A DNA stretch of 64,000 nucleotides, taken from the NCBI RefSeq assembly GCF_009914755.1, contig NC_060947.1. The stretch is one strand, 5' to 3'. The translations under genes and the position numbers were made by a program. Below the pieces are notes generated by a model. It saw nothing but the letters and a program-made list of their open reading frames with translations. It had not been told where the DNA came from and ran no database searches. This document shows, piece by piece, positions 11,730 through 28,490 of the stretch (its first letter is position 1; each line of letters starts with the position of its first letter). The DNA comes from the human T2T-CHM13v2.0 reference genome, Homo sapiens.

Positions 11730-14700
11730 AGTTGTTTCTATACACTATTAAAGTACTACATGAAAAAGAAATTAGGAAATCATATAATTTACAATAGCAC
11801 CCAAAATAATAAAACACTGAGGAATATTCTTAATTATGGTGATTAATTATACACTGAAAACTACAAAACATTTGTGGCATAAATTGAAGAAAGCAAAAAC
11901 AAACTGAAAGACATCTTCTGTTCCTGGATGGAAAGGTTTACTGTTAAATTGCCCACATAAGCCAAAACGATCTAAGTAGTCAATGCAATTCCTATCAAAA
12001 TTTCATTGGCATTTTTTAAAGAAATAGATAAAACAATCCTAAAATTCATATGGAACTACAAAAGACCCTGAATAGCCAAAGCAACCTGAGCAAGAACAAA
12101 GCTGGAAGCACCACATTTTCTGATTTCAAATTATTAACATGTTACAAAGCTATGGTTACAAAGTATTGTAGTGGAATAAAAACAAGACTTGTAGACTAAT
12201 GGAGCAGACTAAAGAGCCGAGACATCAGTCCTCAAATATATTGTCAACTGATCTTTTACAAGACTGCTATATGCAAGAATGGATCATCTCTTTAACAAAT
12301 CGTGATGAAAAACCAGATATCCAATTGTAAAAGAATGTAATGGGACCCTTATCTTACATGATAGACAAAAGTCAACTCAAAATTAATTAAAGACTTTCTG
12401 TAAAACTCCTAAAAGAAAACAGGAAAAATCTCTATGACATTGGTTTTGGTAATGATTTCATGTATATGACAACAAAAACACAGGGAAAAACATCAAAAAT
12501 AGACAAGTGAGGCTACAGCAAAATAAAAAGCATTTGCACAGCAAATAAAATAATGAACAGAATGATAAGGCAATGTACAGAATGGGAAAATATATTTGTA
12601 AACCATATATCAAATGAGACATTAGTTTCCAAAATATATATTAGAACTGCAACTCAATAGCAAAAACAAAAAATAAACAAAATTAATAACCCAATTAAAA
12701 ATGGGCTAACAATGTGAACAGACACTTCTCTTAAAAAGACATACAATGGTCGACAGTTATTATGAAAAGATGATTAGTGTCACTAATCATGGAGGAAGTT
12801 CAAATCTAAGCTCAAATGATGTATCACCTCAAAACTGTTATGCTTATGTTTTAAAAAACAAAATACTTATTTCACTTAGCATAATATCCTCCAGGTTCAT
12901 TCATGTTGTTATAAATGGCAGAATTTCCTTCTTTTATGGCTGAATAATATTCCAGTGTGTGTGAGTGTGTGTGCATATCTCCATCCATCTACAGGCACTT
13001 TTTTTCTATAACTTGGCTATTGTGAATAATGCAGCAATTAACATGAGAGCTCAGATAAATCTTCAAGATACTATTTTATTTCATGTGTATATGTACTCCG
13101 AAGAGGGATTACTGGACCATATATCGTATTTTTAATTAAAAAAAAAAACTTCCATACACTTTCCCATAATGACTGTACCATTTTAAATTCCCACCAACAG
13201 TATACAAGCATTCCAATTTCTCTACATTCTAGCCAACCTTTCTTTAAAAAAAAGTGTAACAGGATTATCTGTTGATCCTATCTGCCTATCCCAACAGATA
13301 TAAGACAATATGTCAATGTGATTTTGATCTCTATTTCCCTGATTAGTGATATCGAACACCTTTTTATGTACCTGTTGACAATCTTTAAGTCTTTTTTCAA
13401 AAAATGTCTTTTCATGTCTTTTGTCCATTTTTAATTAAGTCACTTGTGGGTTTTGATATTGTTGTGTTTTCTATATATTTTGAATATTAATCCCTAATCT
13501 GATGTATGGTTTGCAAATATTTTCTTCCAACCTACAGGATGCCATTTTATTTTATTGATTGTTTCTTTGCTCTGCAGAAACTTTGCAGCTTCATGTGGTT
13601 CCACCTGTTTAGTTTTGTTCTTGTTGACTGTTCTTTTGATGTCATAGTAAAAACTCATTACCAAGACCAATGTCAAGTAGCTATTTATCTGTATTTTCTT
13701 CTAGTGGTATTATGCTCAAACAGGCCAGACACATAAAGAAAAATACTACCTGATCTCATTTATGTGTGGAATTGAAAAAAGTTGAATTCATAAGAGCAGA
13801 CAGCAGAATGGTGGTTAACAGGGGTCTGGGGATAAGGAAAACGAAGAGATAATGGTCAAAAAGTACAAAGATTAGGTTTATAGGATGGGTACTTTTACAA
13901 ATCTAATGTACAGCATGATGATGACAATTAATAATACCATATTTTATACTTGGAATTTGCTAAAAGATCAGATTTTAAGTGTTCTCATCACAAAAAGTGA
14001 CTATGTGAGGAGATTATTATGTTAATTAACATGATTTTAGTAATCAGTTTACCATGTTTATTATGTAGAGCAAAGCATCAAGTTGTACACCTTATATGAT
14101 GCGTACTAAAAACTAAAATTCAAAATGAACAAAACTATTAAAAAACAAAAGATGAATGTTGATGAAGATTTGGCAAAATTGGAAACCTCATACATTGTTA
14201 AAATGAATGCAAAATAGTGAAGCCGGTGTGGAAAACAGTACAAAGACTCCTAAAAAAATTCAAAATACAGCTACCATATGATCTAACACTCCTATTTCTG
14301 TGTACTTATGCAAAATAATTATATTCAGTATCTCTAAGAGATATTAGCATCCCCATGTTCATTGCAGCACTAATCAATATGTCCATAATAATAACCTAAA
14401 TGCCAATTGACAGATGAATGGATAAAAGGAATGAGGTATATACATGCAGTGTCATATTATTCAGGCTTATGCAAGAAAGAAATCCTGCAATATAGAACAA
14501 AATGAATGAATCCATTATGCTGAGTTCATTATACTAGTTGAAATAAGCCAGTCACAGAAGGATAAATACTGCATGATTCAAATTATACGAGGTATCTAAA
14601 AATATTCAAATTCATGAAACCAGAAAGTAGAATAGTGGTTTTCAGGGCCTGGGGGCATGGAGAAGTAGGAAATTGCTAATCCATGGGAATAAAATTTTGA

Positions 14701-14830
14701 TTATGCAAAATGAATAACTTCTAGAGATCTGTTATACAGCATTGTTCCTAGAGTTATCAATATAGTATTGTAAATTTGTGTTGAGAAGGTACATCTCATG
14801 TTAATTGTGTTTTAGCACAGAAAACATAAA
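11730..14830 (+). mobile_element. Old L1 (L1MA9-L1MB-like) ORF2 3' half plus 3'UTR; host of an inverted L1
   Basis: ORF2 motifs 11730-12850; resumes at 14151; 3'UTR 'ctagagatctgttatacagcattg'. Confidence 0.75.
12864..14137 (+). mobile_element. L1MA insertion with 5' inversion (twin priming)
   Basis: Antisense segment about 12865-13710 and sense 3'UTR about 13716-14130 are contiguous in L1 coordinates; TSD ttaaaaaacaaaa at 12851-12863 and 14138-14150. Confidence 0.8.
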
Positions 14831-16517
14831 TTTACTATAAAATAAAGTTCTAAGTGCAAATATCATGGAGGATTTATTATTCACTTAAATTTCAACTTGA
14901 GTGTATATATCAGATTAGTAATGAAGAACACGGAATCCTTCAGTAGTTCATGGAACCAAGATTGCGAGGGAACAAAGTGTGGATGTGGGGAAAATTTGCA
15001 GATATTTAGCTATTTCATCCTATGGTAATAGTTAAGGAGAAAAAAATTCTCAGGTATGGCATACTATCTTTTCTCCATTTTTTCACTTAATTATATTCCT
15101 TCTGGCTGTGGAATTTTGAGTTTCTTCATAAACATGTTTGTATATGTGCATACACATATAAATTTTTTTATTTCCTGCCTAAAACTTAGATTATCTTTAT
15201 TGTGAGCATTAATTTCAAAATTTTGTTGACATTTTTATTTACTATTTCATTCAGAATTTTGTTAACTTTGCCATGTTCGAAAGGTAGAAGAACCAGGATT
15301 AAAAAGTGAGCAAAAATAAGTTACTGAGCTTAGTATTTGTGAGTACATTAGTTTACTGAATTATCACAACACTAAGGTAAAACGTTATTATTTTTATTCA
15401 ATTATTATTATTAATTGAAACTGCTTTTTTTTCCTGATTACAAAATCAAAGCACTTCAGAATGATGCTATTTAATGTGATTTTTAGCTCAATGGAGAAGA
15501 ACTGCTAGATAGTCAGAAGACTTCAAAGGAGTTCAAAGAGAGGTTATGATCCCTCTTATGTGAAAGGTAACAGCTGAGGTTTGATGGTCACTTGACAGCG
15601 ATATAATGGAGATTAGAGCATTGTACAAGTGGTAATTTCTCCAAGTTGTGAGATTCTCTTCTTCTAGATATGAAACTAGGTCGCTGCACTGGGGACAGGA
15701 CAAAAGATGGGAAGACTATTTATTGATTTTTTTTTCCTGCATGACTTTATTTTTTGGACTGTATTGTTGAGTATTTCCAGAATCCATATTTAAGTGTTAG
15801 AATAAAAGTCTCTCAGGGCTAATTATAATGTGATTGGATGACATCTCTAATTTTGTGTTATCTGAGCCATCACTACCTTTCGTGAATCCAGACAATCAAA
15901 AATGAATAAGTGAACAGTGCGAAAAAGAGTTCAAGAACAATAAAATAGATTAATGTGGTCTATTATATCTTTTTATTACACAAATATGATAGATGGCATA
16001 ACATTTAAATACACAAAATAGGAGACATTTGCAAAAACAATTTTTCATTTAAACTTTACAAAATATGTATGCATTTTTAACTAGAAAAAAAAGGATATCA
16101 CATGGTTAATCCAATTCCAATATCAACCATTATGTTCTCCCTACTGCTGCTTTACTTAGCAGTCACTTTGTTAAAAGCATTAATAGGCCATAATGAACTA
16201 GAAATCTAGCAGTTAATTGCGTATAATGATTGGTTTCTTAGAGACAATAGTCTTAAATGTATTTTAAAAGTAATGTGTCTCCAAGTAACTTCTATGTATG
16301 CATAAAACTTACAGCAAAATAAACATTGGTTCTTATCTTTTGATTTGTAAAAAAGGAATACAAGAAAAAGTCTTATAGTCCTGTCACAAAATACACAGAA
16401 TATTCTATTTTTAGTTTATTTACATACTAAGTGGATTTTCTCTATACGCAGTATAAATCTCTCTATGCAGACATATAATTCAAAATAGTTGGTCACATCT
16501 ACAGACATGTTAGATTA

Positions 16518-16830
<313 letters not shown>

Positions 16831-17047
16831 ATCATCATCACACAATATTTTATTAATATAAGTTTTGTTAGGACTTAGGTTACTGTGTTTGAAATCTGAC
16901 TTTTGAAAGCAATTACCTTATTAAGTTCAATTAAAAGGCATATTAACATAAGATAGCCACTCATGGTGAGAGAAAAAACAAAATTAACAAAATCCTAGTT
17001 ATAACATTGTGACATGTACCAAAGTAATGGGACTTTCGACTCTAAAG

Positions 17048-17574
17048 CAGTGGTCCCCAACCTTTTTGGTAACAGGGACTGGTTTGGTGGAAGACAATTC
17101 TTCCACAGACCAGGGGGTGGAGGGATGGTTGCAAGATGATTCAAGTGCATTATGTTTATTGTGCACATTATTTCTATTATTATTACATTGTAATATATAA
17201 TGAAATAATTTTACAACTCACCATCATGTAGAATCAGTGGGAGCCCTGAGCTTGTTTTCCTGTAACTAGTTGATTCCATCTGTGGGTGATGGGAGACGGT
17301 GACAGATTATCAGGCATTAGATTCTCATAAGGAGTGTGCAACCTAGATCCCTCAATAAGTGCTATTCACAATAGGGTTCCTGCTTTTATGAGAATCTAAT
17401 GCCACTGCTGATATCACAGGAGGCAGCGCTCAGGCGGTAATGCACGCAATGGAGAGAGGCTGTAAATACAGAAGAAGCTTTGCTGGTTCACCCACCACTC
17501 ACCTCCTTCTGTGTGGCCTGGTTCTAACAGGCCATGAACCTGTACTGGTCCATGGCCCAGGGGTTGGGGCCATG
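17048..17574 (+). mobile_element. MER1A (hAT-Charlie)
   Basis: TIRs 'cagtggtccccaacc' and 'ggggttgggg'; internal 'ttagattctcataaggag...ttatgagaatctaatgcc'. Confidence 0.9.
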
Positions 17575-18025
17575 CCTTGCCCCCAAGGCAAGGCATACCC
17601 TTGCCCACAAGGATGGTAAAAGCTCATTGACTCTCAACAGAAGTTATGTCTTGCTAACAAATACATTATTTTGTACAGCGACAAAGATAAGAAAGTTCAG
17701 ATTTGCCTGCATAGATGCTACAAGCAGTTAGGAAACGTATATTTTATTTTTTTTTTAAAAAAAGGAGATACAAATTTCACTCACAAACAGCATAAATGTT
17801 AACATTCTTCAATTTTTTCACTTGTACAGATAACTGTTATATTTTCACTTGTATAGATACTGTTACTGTCATTCAAAATTAAGAATTTTCAAAATGATAT
17901 TAAAAGTAAACATTTAATAATTTGCTATTATAGATAAAATAAGTTGGAAATTCTAAAAAATAAATACAGTTATTCGAGAAACAATTGTTATAACAGATTC
18001 TTCACTAGGTGCTGAAAACAGTCAC

Positions 18026-18337
<312 letters not shown>

Positions 18338-18509
18338 TGCATTCACACTTTTTAAAGCAGGTTATAACAAAGGAAATAATGATATTGTGAATATGTTATT
18401 GTATATTGTGTTTCATAATATTTCTGATTCTTATTATTTTAATCAAAAGTAAAAGTATATAATTTTAGTACTATTTACTTTTAAATACAAGCACTTGTAA
18501 AAGTAAAAT

Positions 18510-18675
18510 TGATGTTCAATGGGTATAAGGTTGCAGTTATGCAAGATGAGTAAATTCTAGAGATGTGCTATAAAACATAAAACTTTGTGCTTATAGTCAC
18601 CATTACGTATTATGCATTTAAAAAATTTGTTAAGATATTAGAACTCACGTTAAGTGCTCTTACCATAATAAAATA
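18510..18675 (+). mobile_element. L1MA10/L1MB 3'UTR fragment
   Basis: 'aatgggtataaggttgcagttatgcaagatgagtaaattctagagat'. Confidence 0.7.
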
Positions 18676-18979
18676 TAGATTTTATCTATGGAACATACAA
18701 ATGTACATATAACATTTATATAGTGGTTATATTTTGCAAAACACATAAATGCCTTGATTTGTTTGCATCAAAAATTCAGAGTGATTCTATTTGTACACTG
18801 TAGCAAAATTTTGAATAAATTTTGACTATTCTAGTTCGAAAGTATGACCTTGATATTTCCCTAATGTGCTTCGGTTAATGTTTTAGAAATAGATATATCA
18901 TTTTATAAAACAAAATTTTTTCTTTCTTTGTCCACTTAGCACTCAACATGTTAATAACATTTTTATTCCTTTCAAAATC

Positions 18980-19508
18980 GTTTTTGTAACTATATTGAGG
19001 TCTGATTGGTATTTTAATGCTGCATGTAATTAAAGTATATAATTCGGTGAGTTTGAACATATGTATGCACTCATGATACTCTCACCACAATCCAAGTAAA
19101 GAAACATATCTATCATCTCTAAAAGTTTCCTTATGTCCCTTTGTTTTTTTGTTGGTTTTTGTGGTAAGAGCATTTAGTATGAGATCTACCCTCCTAATAA
19201 TTTTTAGGTACTCAATACCTATTATTAACTATAGGCACTATGTTATATAGCAGATCACTGGAACTTACTTCATCTGGTATAACTGTAATTTTGTACATGT
19301 TGAAAAACAACTCTCCATATACTCCTCCTCCCATTCTCTAGTAACCGTCATTTTATTATTTACTTCTACACCTTTATTTTAGATGCCTCATATAAGAAAA
19401 ATCATGTAGTGTTTGTTCCTTTGTGACATACATTTCACTTAACAGTCTTAGCATCGATGTTGTTGCAAATGGTAGGATTTCCCTCTTTTTAATGCTGAAT
19501 AATATTCC

Positions 19509-19551
<43 letters not shown>

Positions 19552-20326
19552 ATAGATAGACAAATAGATAGATGGATAAAATTTTCTTTATCCATTCCTT
19601 TGTTAATGGACGCTTGCATAGTTTTCATATCTTGTCTCATTTGAATGATACTGCAATTGACATGGAAGTGCAGATATCTCTTCAACATACAGATTTTAAT
19701 TTTTCTGGATAGTCAGAAGTTGGATTGTTGAATTTCATGGTATTTTTATTTTTAATCTTTCAAGGCACATCCCTAGTGTTTTCCATAATAGCTATACCAA
19801 TTCCATTTTCACCAATATTGTACAAGAGTTCCAATTTCTCCACAACCTCACCACTTGTCTTTTTTTTTTATAATAACCATCCCAACAAGCATGAAGTGAT
19901 ATTTCACTGTGGTTTTTATTTGTATTTACCTGATAATTAGTGATGCTAAAAATGTTTCATATCCCTGTTGGACTACAGATTCATTGCAATCCCCATTAAA
20001 AACCCAAAGATATTTTGTGCTGTAATAGGAAAAACAATCCTGAAGTTCATTTAGGGTCACAATATACTCCAAATAAAGCAATTTCGAGCAAGAAGAACCA
20101 AGCTCGAAGTGTCACACTTCCTGATTTCAATACATATTACAAAGCTAGTAAACAAAACTGTGTGATGCCAGCATAAAAATAGATACCTAGACCAATATAA
20201 TATAATAGAAAGCCCAGAAATAAACTCATTTTACCAATATGCCAAAATATGCAATGGAGAAAGGACAGCCTCTTTAATAAATGAAGGAAAAATTGGATAT
20301 TCACATGCCAAAGAATAAAACTGGAC
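18980..20326 (-). mobile_element. Old L1MA/MB with probable 5' inversion; contains (TG)n at 19511-19548
   Basis: Antisense 3'UTR/ORF2 end 18980-19970 abuts a sense ORF2 piece 19974-20326. Confidence 0.7.
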
Positions 20327-20370
20327 TGTCAGTGGTGTAGCCTTAGTAAATTAATTATTTGATAAGACAA

Positions 20371-20402
<32 letters not shown>
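20371..20402. repeat. (CA)n(TA)n microsatellite
   Basis: Read directly from the sequence. Confidence 0.9.
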
Positions 20403-20405
<3 letters not shown>

Positions 20406-20899
20406 CCAAAATTAATGTTAAGATATCTGGACAAAGCAAAGAACTACGATATCTATTACTTTGTTGAACTGAACAACTCTGTCTTATTTAGAAAAAAATT
20501 AATGGTAGATTGCAATTCATATATTTTTAATTTTATATTTGTATATTCTCAAAAGGTACCCAGGATTAGTCAATATTCTAATAAAATTATGTCTGTAATT
20601 AAAGTATAAACTTTTACTTATATAAATTTAATTATTTTACTAGGCTATTTAAAAAGGATTCATACAAAAGTTCCAATAAATTCCTTGTTATCTAAGAATT
20701 TTTTAAATAAGTATGATACAGTGAATAAATTCAATAATGCTTTCTTAATATATTATTAAATATTTTCAGTAGAAAAGGGTAAAGATCAATCTTTTGTAAG
20801 ACAAACAACAGCCACTAAAGAAACACAATGCTGAAAAATATGAATGAACTATGCCCCCAAAGAGTCCAGGAAATTAAAACAATATCTTAACTTATGACG

Positions 20900-22200
<1,301 letters not shown>

Positions 22201-22814
22201 CTCTCTCTACTTTTAAGTAACACTCTTTTTTGCACATAAGTGATTACTGACTTTTGCTTGTTGTTTCTATCTGCTGATTTTTATAAAATACATTTGTTTA
22301 GTTTTTCAGTAGTCAACTCTCATATACAGTCTAATCCAGGAAACACTGATACTCCCTTAAACCTCATACATAGATAATACTTGAGATACTAGGGTAAATT
22401 ATATACTTCGTTGCCTTTCTTGGACAAAGAATGATGAAAATTTAGTATGGACAAAACCCCTAACATTGGCATATAGATAGAAAAAGCCAATACATTTGTT
22501 TCAGTATTTATGCATACGTTTAAAAAAATAAATATGTTAATCTTAGTTTATAAAATACCTTACTTTGCTGGCATATATCAGGTTTAGAGATATAAAATAA
22601 AGGTAATTAACATTAATATTTAAAATGCATATGGTTCAGAGACAGCAAATGTCATACTCCTAAAATATTTTAGAAAGAATTTAAGTATGATTAACATATC
22701 AAACTCAAAACAGAATGATCAAAAATAGCAGGTATGAAGAATTCATTCTCATAGATTATACGTACAGATGATTCACAAAATTAGAGTAATAGATTTTTAA
22801 TTTTGCACTTATTT

Positions 22815-22945
22815 ATAATAAATTTATGTATAAATTATATTGTATATATTATAAAATATTTATTATTATTTATTATATATAAATATAGAAATATATTATT
22901 CGACATAAATAATTATTTATATTATACATTATTATAAAATATTTT
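22815..22945. repeat. AT-rich low-complexity tract
   Basis: Nearly pure A/T sequence. Confidence 0.85.
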
Positions 22946-24734
22946 ACACTTTTGTAATGGGCTCACCTATCAACTCTGACACACCATTAGACAGATAGAA
23001 ACGAACTGGTCATCAGATCAATTTACTCTACCAATATTTCATCAGAGAATTAGCCTACATCCAATAATACTAATTTTTAAATATTTCCAGAGCTTCAGTA
23101 CAGCACTACTTTTCTTCAAAATAACTCTCTAAACTTCAAAATCTGAAAGTGCTTCATAAGATAAAATCCTTCCCTTTGCAGTTGGGAAAGCATTTAGTGC
23201 TACTAATAATGTTAATCTGATAGGAAATACCAAATTTGAGTCTTACATAAGTAGAATCTAAAAATAAACACCTTTCCTCACTACTTTCTCATAAAGCATG
23301 TGTAATCAGTTGATGATTCACACATGCAACTATTAAAAACAAGATTCTAACCTTCACGTCAACTCTTCCCTGAATAAAAAGATGATCATCTTTCAGTGAC
23401 TACGGACTTCATAAAGTGTTTTTTATTTTTTTTGTTGTTTTTAATATTAGAGTTGGTTCATCAGTGCTTGGAAATATGTTGCCATAAAGGATCAGGAGAC
23501 AGCACAAGTGACGCCTGAATTTTGCACTGTTTTTCACCTTTAGAGTCAGATATTAGATTGAATTATAGCAAATAGCTGCAGCTGACTTGTATATTTTTTA
23601 GTATTAAAATTATATAAGCCACTGAAGACAGTGGAATCAATATTTGCAAAAGCTGACCTATAACAAAGTAAAAGGTTTTTAAATGATACTATAAATAATA
23701 TTTACTTAAAGTTATGTTTCCTTTTAGAATTTTCAGAGAGACATTTAAACCTAGGATATTTTTGGGAGATTTTAAAAGCCACTTAATGTGAAAAAAAATA
23801 CTTGAATTAGGGCAATATTTAAAAATATTGTTTTATGCCAAACTGTCATCAGTAGTTAGCAAAAAAAGGCTAACAATATAAAATAAATTAATAAAAAGAA
23901 ACAGTCTGTTGCAGTTATTCATGCAACTGTTATTCTTTCAGTCTTACAAAAGACTTACATTTTGAATAAAATAGAAGTAACATTTGGTTGCCAAAAATAT
24001 CTTACAGGCAAGTGTGCTGAAGATATTATATATTAACATCAAAATGTATGATGTTCACTGTGCAGTAATTCTTCTTGAGCTTTAACTCAGAGCCTTCATG
24101 GAGTTTTAGGTGTCTTTAAACTTGGGTTATAACAGCAGAATTATGGTTTGATGAGCTACTGAAAAAAATCCCTGGTATCTACAACAGACTTGGGGAAAAT
24201 ATCCATTACTATCAACAAATACAGAAACTTAAAACAGAATTGAAGTGACTGTTCTCATTTTTATAACAAGTTTTCTAAATCCATGAAACAGAAGTTTGCC
24301 CGTTACCCTCCCAAAAAACACACAAAATTTACAAATGTATGACCTAAAAACTATAAAGATCCTGTCATCATTATATCTGGTAAGACAAATGAAAATGTAT
24401 TCAAGGTTTTCACTTTACTTAATTAGGAATTACATTTTATCATTTTCCCAAGAGATTGAGGATGCTCTATAATAATGCACAATTATATGTTAAAAATAGG
24501 GAGATATATATATATATATATATATCCTATGTCCTTAAGCTCTGCCTGCAGCCCAAGAACTAAATAAAATATTTGTAAATAATTTCAAAATTATTCATGT
24601 ATACATTTTAATCTAAGTGTTTTTCTAAAGAATATTGTTTATATTTCTTAATGAAAGTAGCTTGAGGGAGAAAATTGTGATCTTATAAGAAGAGACTACA
24701 TTGGACAATTATATACATCTTCTGGGGATATATG

Positions 24735-24900
24735 GTCTAATGATACTCATTGTACATAAGAGTCATCTTGAGAGATTTTACAAAATGATGATCCTTAAAT
24801 TTCACTTCTAGATATTCTAATTTAGTAGATCTGGGATGTGATGCATAAATTTAAAAAATCTCAACATAATTTTCATCTATAGCCAGATTTGGCATTAATC
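24735..24900. mobile_element. MER5-like hAT relic
   Basis: 'cttctagatattctaatttagtagatctgggatgtg' core. Confidence 0.6.
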
Positions 24901-25309
24901 GAATTTGCCTATCACCGTTAAAAAGAGTATAGAACAATACAAGACTTCAACAAAGAGATTTATATCTGTTTGTTAGGCTAGACAATAGAGTACCAAATCA
25001 GAAATTTTAAATTGTTTCAGGACAGAAAAGGAATTGTATTACCAAGGATTTTATGGATTAAGATATTGTTATAATCAAAGGGCATCATCACAAGAAGCTC
25101 TAGTAAATCATTCTCAATTTCATGTCCAGAAACCAGAGCCTAGAACATATTGTGCAGATAGATGAGGAGATCACTAAGTATTTTATTATTTAAAGATTAA
25201 CTTAACTGAGAAATCACATGAGGTATGCATTTTGGATAAGTTGATTTTCTAAGTACCAAGCTTTATATTGAACTTATTTATGGTAATTAAAAGTCAAAAA
25301 ATAAACATC

Positions 25310-28030
25310 TGCTTCTAAAAAAGATAAAGTAACAAGGATCAGATTTATCCTCTGACTTGAAACAACCAAAAATATGCAAAATATATACAACAAGGAATTA
25401 TAATACATGAAATAGTAGGTAATGGAAGATAGCGAGACATCAGCTTACAACCTTGAGAGAGATTCCAGGCGAAAACAGTGACAGAGAGACTCCAAGTACA
25501 GCCTGATGGGTTTCGTAACTTGAAGAAACTGACCTAAGAGTCTACAGAGGACAAAAAGATTAAAATTCATAGGACAGAATACAAAATAGTAAAGGGCTAT
25601 GTGGGGACAGCTCCAAATATTGGCAGTAACCACCTCGAGTATTCAACAGAGAACTAATCAGCACATGGATGTTAGGAAATACCTAAGGTCCAGAAAAAAC
25701 GCCCCAAAAAATTAGAGAAAAAAAGGGAAGGAACATATGAGACAAATAAAAAACAAATAAAAAGATAATAGATATACACCTATCCATATCTATTATATAT
25801 CAATAATCAATAATTGTTATATCGATAATCATATAAAATATAAAATACCTATATTTTATTAAAAGCAAGAGTTGTCAGAATGGATTTAAACCTGAAGGAA
25901 AACCAAACTATTTGCTGTCTAGCAAAACATATTTTAAACATAAGGCACCAGTAGGTTAAAAATAAGGATGAAAGTTAGATATGCCATGCTGACACTAAAC
26001 AAAAGAAAGAATAACTATCTTAACCTCAAGCAAAATAGATTTCAGAGCCAAGCATATCACCATTGATAAAGAATGTCATTTGATAATGATAAATTGGTCA
26101 ATTCATCAAGGGAAGTTAATAATTCTAAATGTGTATGCACTTAATATCATAGCTTCAAAATACATGAAGCAAAACCTGATAGATCTGCAAAGACAGAGAG
26201 AGAAATCAACATGTATTTGCAGATACTTCAATACCCATCTGTTAATAATTGATACAACAGGCGGACAGATAAACAATAAAAAAATCAGATTAGGAAAACA
26301 CTGTCAATCAAATTTTTCTAAGAAACATTGTAGAACATTATGTCTAACAACAATAGAATAGTTATTTTTCATGGGCACATGGAAGATTTATGAAGACAGA
26401 CCATAGTGTGGACTGTAAAACAATTATCAATAAAGTTTTCAAGATTTGGCTAATACAAAGTATGTTCTCTAACCACAATGGGATTAAATTAGAAATCATA
26501 AACAGATTTAATAAAAATCCAAAATATTTGATAACAACAAACACACTTCTAAATCACCCATGCTTTTAAAAAATCAAAATAAAAATAGACTACATTTTGA
26601 ATTAAATAGAAATGAAAACAGAACATATGTAAAATTGGGGATTACCATTAATACAGTACTTGGAGTTATATATATAGCACTATACAATTATATTACAAAA
26701 AAACAGAAAGGTCTTAAATTTGTGAGCTCAGCTTCCACCTTAAGATATTAGAAAATAAAAAGCAAATTAAACCCAAATGAGTAGAATAAAGGAAGAAAAA
26801 ATGAAATATTTGCAAACTATGCATCCAACAGGAAAATAATATCCAGAATTTGTAAGGAACAAACAACTCAAAAACAACAAAAAATCAAATAACCCCGTTA
26901 AAAACTGGACAAATCCCATGAATATACACTTTTCAAAAGAAGATGTACAAGCAGATATCAAGCACATGAAAAAGTGCTCAACATCACTAATCAGAGAAAT
27001 TCAAATTAAAACCACAATAAGATATTATCTTACACGAGTGAGCATGACTATTATTAAAAAGTCAAAAAATAATCGATCTTGGTAAGCATGTGGAGAAAAG
27101 GAAAGGCTTATACACCGTTGGTGGAAATGTAAATTACTTTGCCCTCTATGGATAACAGTATGGAGATTTCTACAAGAAATAAGAACAGAACTACCACTTG
27201 ATCCACCTATCTCACTACTGGGTATACACCCAAAGGGAGAGAAATCATTATGTCAAAAAGACAACTGCACTTGCATATTTATCGCAGCACTACCCAGAAC
27301 AGCAAAGATAAGAAGTCAACCTAAGTTCCATCAATGAATGATTAGATAATGAAAATGTGGCATATGTATGCAATGAAATGCTATTCAGCCAAAAAAAAAA
27401 GAGTAAAATCATGTTTTTCCTAGCAACACAGATGGAAGTGAAGGCCATTATCTTAGATGAATAACTTAGAAACAGAAAGTCAAATACCATATGTTCTCAC
27501 TTATACGTGGGAACTAAATAATGTGTATACATAGATATAAAGTGTGGAATAATACACATTGGAGACGCAGAAGAGTGGGAGGGTGAGATAGGGGTGAGGA
27601 ATGAGAAATTACTTAACGGGTACAATACACATTATTTGGGTGATGGTTAAGCAAATGCTCAGACTTCACCACTAAGCAATATATCCATGTAAGAAAGCTG
27701 CACTTGTACCCCTTAAATTTATAGAAATAAAAAAGCAGGAGAACCACTGAAGAAGAAACCAGGAAAAAAATATATATCAAAGCCAAACACTGGTTCTTTG
27801 AGATCAATAAATTGATATACAACTAGCCAGAGGTGGCATAACTATAGATTCTACAGATATTAAAAGGATAAATAGAAACTTTGTAGAACACATACCAATA
27901 CATGTAACAACTTAGATAAAATGATTGTACTTATTAGAAAACAAAAACTGTTAATACTTTCTCAAGAAAAAATATATAGCCTACAGTTCTACATTTATTA
28001 AGTTAATAAAATTTATAATTAAAAATGGAA
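25310..28030 (+). mobile_element. Old L1 (L1MC/MD-like) 5' end and ORF2 N-terminal part, internally deleted, interrupted by L1PB4
   Basis: EN remnant in ORF 26080-26361 (IILNVYALNIIASKYMKQNL...FNTHL); resumes at about 27736. Confidence 0.7.
26803..27735 (+). mobile_element. L1PB4-like 3' end
   Basis: 3'UTR 'gagaaattacttaacgggtacaat...agacttcaccactaagcaatatatccatgtaa'. Confidence 0.8.
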
Positions 28031-28059
28031 TTTTAAAGAAAGTTTTAAATTGCAGGTAC

Positions 28060-28300
28060 AATTTTCTTACCAGATAAAGGACTATTTGTTTTTCCTTTTT
28101 TCTTGAATTCCTTTCTTAGACTGTGATTTTCAAAGAATTGATTTATTTCATCTAGGTTTCCAAATTTATTAGCAGAAACTTTCCCTTAGTATTGTCTTAT
28201 TGTCATTTCAATATCTATAGGATCTACAGTGATCTCTACTCTTCCATTTCTGATATTGATAATCTGTGGGTTTTCTTTTTCATTTTTCCTTGATCAGTCT
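28060..28300 (-). mobile_element. L1 ORF2 fragment
   Basis: 'tttatttcatctaggtttccaaatttattagc...ttttccttgatcagtct'. Confidence 0.65.
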
Positions 28301-28440
28301 TTAATGACACAACTACAATGTAAAAGTTTAAGAGTGTTAGCACTTACAGACCTTAGTGAGTACACAGCACACCTGGAGGCAACACACAAAAGGTCAGGGA
28401 GCACAAATAGGAAGAAACAGGAGAGTCTGGCAACTAGCAG

Positions 28441-28490
28441 TATCTATATCTATATCTATCTCTATATCTATCTATTTATATGTATATATT
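28441..28490. repeat. (TATC/TA)n microsatellite inside the LTR
   Basis: Read directly from the sequence. Confidence 0.85.

Noticed and set aside
23690-23699. MEF2-consensus CTATAAATAA near a CAGCTG
   Set aside because: Such AT-rich motifs are frequent by chance in this composition
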